A model generated the notes under the pieces. That model searched no databases. It was not told the DNA's origin and saw only the letters and a list, made by a program, of their open reading frames with translations. The translations under genes were made by a program, and so were the position numbers. A stretch of 64,000 nucleotides of DNA from Calcarisporiella thermophila CBS 279.70 (Eukaryota > Fungi > Calcarisporiellomycota), in the NCBI RefSeq assembly GCF_041956535.1, contig NW_027192205.1:594877-658876 (forward strand). Reading direction: 5' to 3'. How positions within the stretch are numbered: the stretch's first letter is position 1; every line of letters starts with the position of its first letter. Below are positions 26,001 to 37,130 of the stretch, in pieces.

Positions 26001-29000
26001 TGCGGTTGAGCTGCAACGGCAATGCGCTCACCATGCTCCCCTCCGAAATCGGAGCCCTTAAGACGCTGAAGGAGCTGGAGGTACAGCGCAACAGCCTGAA
26101 AACTCTGCCCCGGGAGATCTGGACCTGCGGCGCCCTGGTCACCCTGAATGCCAGCTCGAACCTCTTGGTGAATTTTCCTGCGCCTCCCATCAATACCTCG
26201 GCTGCAGCCGCATTCGCCTCCACCGTGAAGGCATTCCCCCCCTCCTCCCCCTCCTCCTCCCCTTCTGCCTCGGCCGGCATTTCGCCCTCGGGCCGGAGCG
26301 AATTCGATTTCTTCGCCCCCGGGGCTATGACCGGCTTCAGCTCGGAGCCTAGCTCCGCGGTGGACGACCCCGGGGACGTCAAGTTCAACCCACCCTCCTT
26401 CTTCTCCTCTCCGCGCAATCACCCGCCCCCGCTCGCCTTCTCACTCAACCGCCTTCTCCTCGGCGACAACGGCCTCACCGACGATGTGTTTGGGCCGCTC
26501 TCCCTCTTCACCGAGCTGCGCGTGTTGAACCTGGCGTGGAATGATCTCTATGAGATCCCCGTCGATGGATTGTCCCACCAGCAGCTGCAGGAGCTGCACC
26601 TGTCCGGGAATCAGCTCACCTCGATCCCCACCGACCACATAGAACGGCTGAGCAGTCTGAGGCTGCTCTGCCTCGACGGAAACAAGCTGCAGACGGTGCC
26701 GGCCGAGCTGGGCAAATTGCGCCGCCTCTTGGTGTTGGACGTAGGCTGCAACTCACTTAAGTACAACATCACTAACTGGCCCTACGATTGGAACTGGAAT
26801 TGGAACGTTGGCCTGCATTACCTGAACCTCTCGGGCAACAAGCGCCTGGAGGTCAAGTATCACCATCGGCCGGGCGACGAGGTTCCCCAGGAGAAGCATT
26901 TAGCGGAATTCGACGCGTTGACGCAGCTGAAGGTGTTAGGCCTGATGGACGTCACGCTCATGGTGGGGGTGCCAGATGAGACGGAGGATAGGCGTATTCG
27001 CACGACCCCATCGGAGGTGAACTGCATGACGTACGGGATGGCCGACACACTCTCGGCCTCCAACCGGTTGGCGACCTGGGACCTTGTCATCCCGCGGTTC
27101 CGCGGGCGGGACGACGAGTGCTTGTTCGCGTTGTTCGAAGGCCGGCTCAGCGGAGGCGGCAGCGGTGGGTGCAAGCTTGCCAAACAGTTGAATGATTCCC
27201 TCCACTACCGCTTCAGCGACGAGCTGGGCCAGGGGGAGGAGGAGGAGGAGACCACGGATATCCCCACGGCACTGCGGCGCACCTTCCTGGGCCTGAACCG
27301 CGACGTGGCGGCGATCGGAATCGCCGAGCGGTCGGGCGCATGCGCGGCCGTGGCCTACATCAAAAAGACGCGCCTCTACGTGGCCAATGTTGGCAACGTG
27401 CAAGCGGTGCTGGCGCGTAAAGGCAGGGAGACGGTCACCCTGACGCCGGAGCATCTTCCGCGCGTCGAGCGGGCCCGAACGAGAGGGGCCGGTGCGTATC
27501 TGACGCGGGAGCAGCTGTTAAACGGGGAGCTGGACGTGTCGAGGGCGTTCGGGCACTTTTCGCACTGCCCAGCCATCAATGCGAACCCGTCCGTGACCAC
27601 GTGGGAGCTGACGGCCCAGGACGAGTTTCTGATCCTGGGGACGGCCGGGCTCTGGTCGCAACTGCCGCCCTCGAACGCCGTCGATGTGGTGCGGACGGAG
27701 CGGGAGGATATCATGCGTGCTGCGCACAAACTGCGCGACTTTGCGGTGGCCTACGGGGCCGACAACGTCACCGTCATGATCATCGGAGTGGGGGGCCTTT
27801 TCGAGGAGAACCGCAAGCTCGCCCGCCAGAAGGTCGACCCCCAGACCAACTACGGAGCCAACACCGTGGGGCGGTTGATCACCGACCCGGATTTTGCCCA
27901 CCATGGCAAGCGTCGGCGCGTGCGCGAGGGGGCCGCGGCCGGCGATTTGATGCTACGCGAGGTCGAACCGCCCGTGGGAGAGGTGGCCCTCGTCTTCACC
28001 GACATCAAGAGCTCGACGGCCCTGTGGGACGCCGTGCCCACCGCGATGCGCTCGGCCATCAAGGAGCACAACGCGATCATGCGCCGGCAGTTGGACGCGA
28101 TGGGGGGATACGAGGTCCGAACGGAGGGCGACGCGTTCATGGTGTCATTCCCGAGCGTGACTGCGGCGATGCTCTTTTGCTTTACGGTGCAGCTGGAGCT
28201 GCTGAGGGCGGATTGGCCGGTGGAGATCTTGGAGACCGAGGAGTGCCGTGAAGTGGTGGAGGAGTTGGATGAGGAGGAGAAGGAGGACGGGGAGGAGGAG
28301 GTGGCGGCGGCGGAGGAACTGGTCGACGAGAACGGCCATGGCAACGGGTCCTCGGCGGAGGAGTCCGGCAGTGGGGTTGCGAATGGGGCCATGGGGCCGG
28401 ATCAGGGGGAGGCGAGGGACCGGCGGTCAAATCGCGAGAATGGCTCGCTCTCCAACTTGGCGAACGGGCACCGGCCCAGGGCTAGGAAAGGGGCTACCCT
28501 GTACCGCGGGCTGTCGGTTCGCATGGGCATCCACTGGGGCTCGCCGGTGTGTGAGGTAGACCCCATCACCCAGCGTATGGGCTACTTCGGGCCGATGGTG
28601 AACCGTGCCTCGCGAGTGTGCAACGTGGCGGATGGGGGTCAGATTAGTGTCTCGCGGGATGTGATGGTGGAGCTGCATGCGATCGAGGAGGCCCTGGCCT
28701 CGGAGGGGTCCCAGGAGGAGGAGGAGGAAGAGGAGCAGGATCGAAGGCGCCGGAAGCTGGCGCGGGATGCGATTGCGCTGCGCGAGCTCGGGGTGTGCAT
28801 CGTGCATCTGGGCGAGCGCAAGCTCAAAGGGCTTGAGACCCCCGAGGACGTGACGCTAGTGTATCCCCGGGCGCTGTCGGGGCGAGTGAAGCGGGTGATC
28901 GGCGAGAATCGAGTGTCAGCGCAAGGCCTGGTGGAGTCGGATTCCTTCAAGGCGAGCTGCATCAACCTGTTCGGGCAGGCCAAAGCCCCCCTCGTGGATC

Positions 29001-29326
29001 CGGAGCTGGTGCGGACGCTCGGCTACCTTTGTTTGCGCCTCGAGCGTGTCACGGCCGGCAACCCCTCCAAATCGTCTCCCCGGCACGACTACATGGGCCG
29101 GATGATGACGGCCCACATCAAGGAGGAAGCGAAGGAGGAGGATCTGCTGCGGATCCTGGAGAATCTGATTGGGCGCGTGGAGAACATCACCAGCACCCTG
29201 TATCTGGCGAAGGTGGGCAGGTTCGTGCAGACGCTGCAGGAGGTCGGGCAGGCCGCCGGCATGGATGGGGCAGCCGTGTTGAGGGCGCTGGTTGGAAGCG
29301 CCCAGGCGGAAGAGCTTTTTGGCTAG
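23041..29326 (+). CDS. CYR1: Fungal adenylate cyclase architecture (Galpha-binding IAPW, Ras-association, LRR, PP2C-like, class III cyclase), multi-exon
   Basis: EIAPWL; RA domain YYIRVHRHDGTFATV; many LRRs; YNITNWPYDWNWNWN; PP2C-like region; catalytic VALVFTDIKSST, TEGDAFMV, GLSVRMGIHWG, YFGPMVNRASRV. Confidence 0.95.
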
Positions 29327-30004
29327 AAGATTTTCACACCTGTACGATACATACACACTTCTCCTCCATGGTTCAATTCTTTTTTTTTTTTCGTGGGGGA
29401 GAGGGGGGGAGGGCTAAGTTGTTTACTGTTCTATTTATGCTGTATTTCTTCGTTTCTCGCTTTCCCTTCTTCCCTCTCTCTTATTTGTGATGTGTTATTT
29501 CTTTGGTGCCCTCTTGTCTGCGCTGTCTTTTTCTTTGGAATTCCTTCTATCTTTTTTTTTTTGTTGTTTTCACTCTTAATTTAGCTTAAGCAGCCCTATT
29601 TAACTTGTGACAAGCCTGTTTATTAATGTTATTTCGCCAGTGTTTCCTATTTATTATAAGATAGAGTGGTTTGCTGCTATTTCTTCTAGAACGCTCAGGC
29701 ATTGCCGAAAAGTCGAGAACGCATCCATCCTTAGCGAGATATGATTGAAAGCAACCCTTCCTAAAGAGGCTTAAGTGTTATTAGGTAGATTCGCCTCTTC
29801 AAGACTCTTACGAAATTGCCACCACAACTGGAAAAAAAAGCCTCCGCTCTCTCTTGTGATAAGAGTATTATTGATCATAGAACCTTGTTTTCTGAAGAGA
29901 AGGGGGACCGGTTGATTCTTTCGTTGTTTCCCAGTCTTTACCTTGCAGACGCCCTTACCACACACTCGCCGACCGTTTCACCCTTGCTGCACCCCGCATG
30001 CTCT

Positions 30005-32236
30005 ATGGATCCTAGCAGCCCGCTCAACTCCATCACATCCATATCGTCGACTAGCACCTATCTTGATCACGCCTCTACCGCCAACTTCCCCTCCAGCCTC
30101 AACCGATCCGGGAAATATCCCCTTGACGAATCGCTGGTTCGCGAGTGGCTCTCCACCTCGGCCCACGATCCATTCCTGCCCCTGGCCAACCCTGTCTCCC
30201 GCAAATCCTATGCCCGACTCATCGCGCAGATGTCACGCCTCTGCTCCCATGTTTACACTAAAGGCCTATTGGAGGCCCAAGGATTCGATGTTGTCATCCG
30301 CATTCCGGCCTGGAACAAGGAGTTTCGGCTGCACAAATTGGTGCTCTCGCAAAATGCCTTCTTCGATCGGCTGCTGCTGGGCCGATGGAAGGAGGCGGGG
30401 GAGGAGTGCGTGGAGCTCCACTTTGATGACACCAACATCACCCCTGAGGTAAGCTGCCTCGATTTCAAGCTCGATTGAAAGTATATGAGCTGCATGCTCA
30501 AATCGATTTTATTTTTATTTCCTGAACCCCTCTTGTTCGCGCAGTCCTTCCATATAGCGATAGGAAAGCTCTATGGCCGCCTAGAAGACCCAATCCATGA
30601 CCAGAATGTATGTTCCCTCCTTGCAACCGCCTGCTTCCTGCAAATGGACGATTTCTCCGACGCCTGTGCCGAATATATCCTGCGTACTCTGTCGCCCTCC
30701 AATGTGGCCAAGTACCTGAGTTTTGTCGACGGCCATTGCTACGGTTCGGTTTCGGCGCGCATCGTCGAGGCGGCTTTCACCTATCTGTGCCGGGATGCCT
30801 ATTCCGATCCGAGGTTGCGGAGCGCATTGGTCGAGATTCCGATCCAATGGCTCCAGCGACTGGTGGAATCGGATTTTTTTTGGGTGCCTGGAGAGTACGA
30901 GCGGTATAGCTTCGTGAAAGAGATCGTGGGTCTGCGCAGGGAGAAGCTGCGCTTGAGAAAGGCCAAGGGAGGATCGAAAGCGGCTTCAGGCCGAGATACT
31001 AATAGCCGCGTGGGTTCTAAGGGAAATGAGGGTGGAGTGAAGGAGACGAGTGAAAGAGTCAGCATGGAGTGTACCAAGGAGCAACATTGGGTAAACATGG
31101 GTAGCATGAGTGGGGAGGGGGAGTCGACTCCTCAGAAGGAGAGGAGGGAAGACGGTGGAGGGGTGGAGCATGTAGAGAACGCAGAAGGATTGCACAAGGA
31201 GGAGATGGCTGTGGAAGAGGAAGAAGAAGGAGAGGAAGAGGAGGAGAAGGAGGAGGAAGATGAAGACGAGGCTGAAGAAGACGAGGAGCCATTTTACCTC
31301 GAGATGTTTGCCCACGCCATCATCTATGCCCACATGTCATTCGAGGAGCTGAACTCGATTAAACGCGATATCGATCCCGCCACCGGCAAGCCATACGTCC
31401 CTGACGACATCATCAAGGATGCGCTCTGGCAACAGGTCGAGCTTCGCACCCGTATCATGGCAGCGTCGGAGACCGACGAGAAACTCGGGATTGTCGTCGG
31501 CGAGCACGAACCACACCCCACCCGCCATATAATTCCCGATGCAGATTACACCAAAGTTGGGGAGAGCATTGCGAATGCCACGTCTGCGTCCCACCAGCAC
31601 CAGCACCAGCGCCAGCAGGATGAGAAGGAGAAGCCCCGCCGGGAATACTCGCGGTTTGCCCCCTTCCGGTTCAGCATCGAGTTCACGGACGTGAGTGCCC
31701 TCAAGGAGAAGCACCGGGTCTACTCGCACACCGTCTTCTATGCTGGCTCCAACTGGAACCTCTACATCCAGAAAATACGGGGGCCGCGACGAAACATGCA
31801 GCTTGGCGTGTATCTCCACCGGCAGAGCTCCTCTCCCGATTCAGCGGCCGGCGAGCTGGTGGTGGTGGAGAGAGAGCTGGATGGGACCACAACGACCACA
31901 AGGACCTCGCTGGGGGGCTCCGGGACCTCGCACTTCTCCCTCTACACCGATCGGCGGCTCCGGGTGAAGACCTGGTTCAAGATCGTGTGCGCGTCCCACG
32001 GCCCTAGCCACATGCTAACGCAGTTCCAGAGCACTCCTGATGATTTCAAGCTGATGCAATCATGGGTAAATGGGGGATGGAAGGAGGAGGGGGAGTCAAA
32101 AATGATCTCATTCTAATGCCTATTTTGCTTTTCTTCATAGGGCTGGAGAAGCACGACTCTGTGTAGTGAGGACTATTCCGCGTCGGAGGGAAATCCGGAC
32201 GTGCTGCGATTCTCCATAGTGATGGGGCATGTGTAG
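30005..32236 (+). CDS. BTB/POZ-domain protein (germ cell-less-like) with C-terminal MATH-like domain, 3 exons
   Basis: EFRLHKLVLSQNAFFDRLL..WKE..LHFDDTNIT; LLATACFL; PFRFSIEF, VFYAGSNWNLYIQK, QLGVYLHRQ, PDDFKLMQSW/GWRS, LRFSIVMGHV. Confidence 0.88.
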
Positions 32237-32328
32237 ATGCTTGCGTCGTGTGAGGGGGGGGAATGATGAGTGTCTCTGTAAACTAGGCCATGTATATAGA
32301 CAAATACACGTATACGCACACCCACCTC

Positions 32329-32375
32329 TATAATATATAAATATATAAATATATAAATATATAAATATATATAAA
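32329..32375. repeat. (ATATAA)n microsatellite in the 3' region of the BTB gene
   Basis: Tandem atataa units read directly. Confidence 0.8.
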
Positions 32376-33052
32376 AACATATGTGTATGTTTATCAAGTT
32401 TATCAAGTTGACTCTAATTTAATATGGAATTGGTTAATAAAGTATGATCGAATCCTGTTTCTGCTGAGAATCAATCAATCCCGGCGTCTAGCACCGCCGA
32501 CCTAAGCGGTATTTGTGCGGCCGCGAAGGGTTGCGGGAAAGCGGGGGGGGGGGGAGTGGCTCGCCGGCCCGCTCCAGAACACCCTCTCCTCCCGAGGGGA
32601 GCCAAGAGAGGGCCGCGATGCGGGGCTCGGTCGGATGGCCAATCCCGCGGTTTAAGGTTTGCGGGAAACTCGGGGGCAAAGTTTGGCCCGATTACCTCGA
32701 TCAGGAACGGCTGCATAACAAAGGGTGGCTTCTTTGTTGATAGCCCCAAGGCCCTTGGCCCATTGGAAAAGGTTTAGCCAAGGGGACGACTTGTTATTTG
32801 TTATTTGTTCGCTGCATCCTCGCGGCTGCGCGGTTTGTTGATGGAGGTTTGTTTGGGCTGTGGCCGGTGGGCCGTGGCAGAGGCCTGTAGGCTTGGGGGC
32901 TATAAATGGCGATGGTGCAAAAAATTTTTCTTTGCCTCGCGCTTGTTTCTCCTTTTGGCTCCCTGCCCTATTTAACTCCTCCCCCCCACTTACCCCGCAC
33001 TTGTGAAGCTCGACTCGCCTCATCCCGCCACGCTCTTCATTGCCTGCTCGCC

Positions 33053-33121
33053 ATGACAAAGGACCCCTATCCCCTCCCCAACATCCCGCTTCCTCCGAAG
33101 CCGCATCCTCCCTCGCAATGA
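33053..33121 (+). CDS. Candidate 22-aa Pro-rich micro-protein MTKDPYPLPNIPLPPKPHPPSQ
   Basis: TATAAA 32901, pyrimidine-rich leader, ctcgccATG context, followed by T-rich UTR-like sequence. Confidence 0.35.
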   Translation: MTKDPYPLPNIPLPPKPHPPSQ

Positions 33122-34849
33122 CGGGCCATGCTCAGCATCTCCATCTCGCTCTCCATGCCATGTGTTCCCCCGGTTTCTTGTCAGTCACGCTTTTCCATGA
33201 CTCTTCTCCTTGCAAAAGGAATCACTATTGGATGAAGTGTTCTCTTTTGTACATTTAATCTACTCAACCCCTCTTTCCGTTGGGCTTAATTTCTCTTGGG
33301 CATTGTCGTCTTATGGACTCTTTTTCTTTGTGTTTAGCTATCTATTCTTGTCATTCCTGTGTGGATTTTGTTTTCACTTTAGCTCATTTTGCAATATTAG
33401 ATTTTGCCTTCTCCTCTATGTTCGCCTCCTCTGGTTGAGGGAGTCTGCTGCTTGACACGAAAGACTCGGGCTTCATGTTGATAAACTTGCATCGAAAATT
33501 GAAACCGTTCGTGGGGGACGGGTGTGAGAATTAAAAGCATAAGTGGAAGCTTCCTCCCCCCTTCCAGGCGTGCTTACGGGAGGCCTCTGAAACTGAAGCT
33601 GAAGGATAGCCCCGGCCGACCTGGGCAAAGTGCAGCCGCACTGTCCAAGACAATTTAGCATGCCACGGCTTTTTCAGCGAGAGCAGAGAAGGTGATAATC
33701 TAATCAGCTAAGAGGTTTCTCCCTGATTTGAACTCAGTAGAAGACCGTCGCTGAGAACCGGTGCATCTCAAGCAAAGGCCCAGGAAGCCTTGAACAATAA
33801 TAGATTTGCCACAAGAACACTCTTGTTTGTAGCCCCTGAAGATCGGGGCAAAAGATGGACGTCTGCATGGCCCGGGGGGTGCGCAGATTTTCGTCCCCTT
33901 TAGCCGGCACAATTAAGGCAGAGGAGCATCCGCGGATGAGCAGGGTACCGCGATGGTCCTCCGCAGAGAGGTCTAATGACGCAATCAAAACAAACCAGTC
34001 AGCAGCAGGATTTGGTTTGTGAGTACGGCCGGTTGGGCGGGCCGAGAGGGTTGGAGAGAGGGGAGGCTTTGGCCAAGCTTCACCCTACTTACGTTTCCAT
34101 GCTTAGTATCGAAGCTAAACTGGGTTAGATGCAAACCACCCAGCCTCGGGCGGGCAAAGAAAGCAACGCTAGACAATAATGGGAGAACGACTGGATTCAA
34201 AAGCTAGGGCGAAATTACAACCTCAATTTCAAAACCCAGAGGATATCGCGCTTGAAAATGAGCTTGCTGGCTTAGTTGATTCACCTCGTTTTAATCGTGC
34301 TGAGGGGATAGGGCACCGGGCAGAAGGAGTGTGGACATATGAAGGGGGAGTTAGATATGGGCCTAGTTTTTTATGGGTTCTAGTCGTTTTCCACTCTTTG
34401 CCAAGGCAAGCAAGCTGGACCTTTTCGTGGGGGAGGTGCAGAGATCTCAAACCTCTCTTGCTTATGCAACAACCTCTCTAAGCAGGGGCTAGGATGGACA
34501 ATAGGTAAGCAGGATAGGAACAGAACAACAGATACTCTCAATGGCTCATTTTGTTAAGATTCGGTTAATACTCATCTCTATCTGACATTTTCCTCGCATT
34601 TGGCACCTTTTGTTAATTGCATTAAGTCTCCCATTGGCTGCCCAAATATAATGGCGGTGATTTGCCCAATTTTCATTCTTCGTTACGCGACGCGTTTTTT
34701 TTTCCTAAGCGGTTTATTTCATCAAGTAGTAATAATAAGGGAGATTGATCCCGTGCCATCTCGATTAATCAACGGCTACTTCTTTCTTTCCAGTCCATTC
34801 TCCGAGTGTCCTCACATAGCGCCCATGTTTTCACGGGAACATAGGCGCG

Positions 34850-36814
34850 ATGAACTCGGCAGGCTCAAAATCCGGAAAACCTTCCCCCCTCATAGCTCCA
34901 AACCCAATCCCCCACGTTGCTTCGTCTATGACCTCCGATTCCAATGTCACTCCATCCAAAGATTCCACCCCCTATGATGAACTCAAACGACAAGCGCTTG
35001 AAGTGTATCGTGCTAAAGACTATGCCCAAGCCGAGCTCCTCTTTACCCAGCTGCTTGCCCGCATTCCTAAAACAAAATCATCCCACGCCGGCGACCGATT
35101 CGTCATCCTCGATGCCCGTGCGGCAACGCGCATTGGCCTCGGCCATTTCCAGGCGGCATTCCGCGATGCCAAGCACATGATCGAGTTGTACCCCGAGGAG
35201 GCAAGAGGATACCTTCGGGCCTCAAAGATATGCATGCGCCTGGAAAAGCACGGGAAGGCTTTGCACATTCTCCAGGTTGCGCTTCAGAAAAAATGCAAAG
35301 ACAGCACCCGAATAGAGGAAGCTATCCGGGCCATCCGATGGGAGATGAGCCGACCTCAACGCCGCGACCCCATCCTCACCTTGCCGACCGAGATTTTGTA
35401 CGAAATATTCGAGCGGGTGGATTTCCGCACACGCGTGGTGAGCACTGGCGTCTCCCACCGCTGGCGAAACTTTCTCCTCGGGGCACGTACTCTTTGGCGA
35501 GAAATGGATTTTTCCTCAAGAAAACGGGCCCCTGGTGTGTTCGACGCGACCGCGGCCCACAAATGGGTGAGTCGTGCGCCTCCTACACTGGAAGCTCTCA
35601 ATCTAGGAGCCATTTCAAAGCTTGCCAGGAAGGGGAAGAGGGGAATCGAAACGTGGGGTGGAAGGTGGCCTCATCTGCGCAAATTTGCTCTAAAAAATAA
35701 TCGCGATGTCGAGGCCGCCCTATTGCAAAGATTTTTGCAAGGGGCTCTGCAACTGGAGGAGCTGGATTTGGCAGGGTCATGCGTCAACGATTCTGTAGTG
35801 CACGCAGCGCTGTCCAGCTGCCTTAGGCTAAGGGTGTTTAATCTGGCCGACACAAAAATAACCGCTGCCGGCTTCGTTCCAGCCAAGATGGCAGGGACTC
35901 TGCAGGAACCGGCTGAGCCGACCGGCCCCTCCTCGGTAGGAGCGTCGGAGGAAGCTTCCATGAGCGCTGGGATCGACCCCAGCTCGAACCACCCTCCACA
36001 CCCAAACCTAAACTCCCTCTACCTAGATCGCTGCCCTTTTGTTGACAACCTCCTCCTCAACCGCGTCTCGGGTCATGCTGGGCTCCGGGTGCTTTCCCTA
36101 CGAGAATGCAATGCCTTCACTATGGCGGGACTGGTCTGCGTGGTGGAGCGCCTCACCAATCTCGAGGAGCTGTATTTCTCGGGCCTGCACCTTAATACCC
36201 CTTCGGCAGATTTAACCAATACCGACTGGTGTTTGCCCAGGCTACGGGTGCTTGAGATTTCCGATTGGACTCGCCTTGCGGACGAAGAGGTTTTCCACAT
36301 GGTGCAAGGAAGCCGGTGGTTAGAGGTGCTGCGTCTTCCTGGCTGCAGCAGTCTGACGAGTAGCTCGATCTGGAGTCAGAACACCTCGGGCCCCACTATC
36401 GCAACGCTAAAACGACTGCGTGAGCTCAACCTGATGGGGTGCTCGAGGGTGAGCTCGCTGAGCCTGTGTAAATTTTTGGAGCACGCGGGGGAGCAGCTGG
36501 AGGTGCTTGTGTGCGGGGGGAACTTGAACGTGGAGAGCGAGGTGCTGGCGGCGGCGGCCAAGGGGTGCCCTCGGTTGGTTGAACTAGACGTGAGCCACAC
36601 GGCCGTCACCAGCGTTGGGTTAAAGTGGCTGCTGCAACCCAAGGACGCCGCGGGTGCCCCAATGCTGAAGCGCCTCAATTTGAATGGCTGCACGAGCGTG
36701 AGCCCCGAGGCGGTACAGTGGGCGCGGGAGGAAATCTTCAAGCGGACGAGGGGCACTGTGAGCTGTTTGTTCGAGGAGGACAAGAGACGACGGCGGCGGC
36801 TGCCAGCCTATTAA
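34850..36814 (+). CDS. TPR + F-box + LRR protein (Pof3/Dia2-like), single exon
   Basis: TPR motifs (DYAQAELLFTQ, LDARAATRI, YPEEARGYLRASK); F-box DPILTLPTEILYEIF..VSHRWR; Cys-containing LRRs. Confidence 0.9.
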   Translation: MNSAGSKSGKPSPLIAPNPIPHVASSMTSDSNVTPSKDSTPYDELKRQALEVYRAKDYAQAELLFTQLLARIPKTKSSHAGDRFVILDARAATRIGLGHFQAAFRDAKHMIELYPEEARGYLRASKICMRLEKHGKALHILQVALQKKCKDSTRIEEAIRAIRWEMSRPQRRDPILTLPTEILYEIFERVDFRTRVVSTGVSHRWRNFLLGARTLWREMDFSSRKRAPGVFDATAAHKWVSRAPPTLEALNLGAISKLARKGKRGIETWGGRWPHLRKFALKNNRDVEAALLQRFLQGALQLEELDLAGSCVNDSVVHAALSSCLRLRVFNLADTKITAAGFVPAKMAGTLQEPAEPTGPSSVGASEEASMSAGIDPSSNHPPHPNLNSLYLDRCPFVDNLLLNRVSGHAGLRVLSLRECNAFTMAGLVCVVERLTNLEELYFSGLHLNTPSADLTNTDWCLPRLRVLEISDWTRLADEEVFHMVQGSRWLEVLRLPGCSSLTSSSIWSQNTSGPTIATLKRLRELNLMGCSRVSSLSLCKFLEHAGEQLEVLVCGGNLNVESEVLAAAAKGCPRLVELDVSHTAVTSVGLKWLLQPKDAAGAPMLKRLNLNGCTSVSPEAVQWAREEIFKRTRGTVSCLFEEDKRRRRRLPAY

Positions 36815-37130
36815 GGAGGACGGAGTTTGGCAAGAAGAATCCTTTTCTAATATCTATTGGAATCATCTAGATATACAGGCAACCGCCAGGAAGAGTATAA
36901 AAAGACAAACAAGATGGAATATAGTCAAATAAATATCATCGACCTCTTCTCCTCCCCTTTTCTCCATCTTCTCCTCCCCACCTTCAACCCATCGTGGATC
37001 TAAAAGAAGAGTGAAACAGATATTGGATAGGCGTACATATCAGTGAATAAATTCTATACAAGGATGGATATATATATATGTGCGTGTTTGCATGTGTGTA
37101 TAGAGCGCTGGGCACCCTCCCCTTGCCCAT

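Noticed and set aside
27030-27800. PP2C domain lacking metal-binding Asp residues (FEG, TAGLW)
   Set aside because: A degenerate PP2C-like domain is usual in fungal adenylate cyclases
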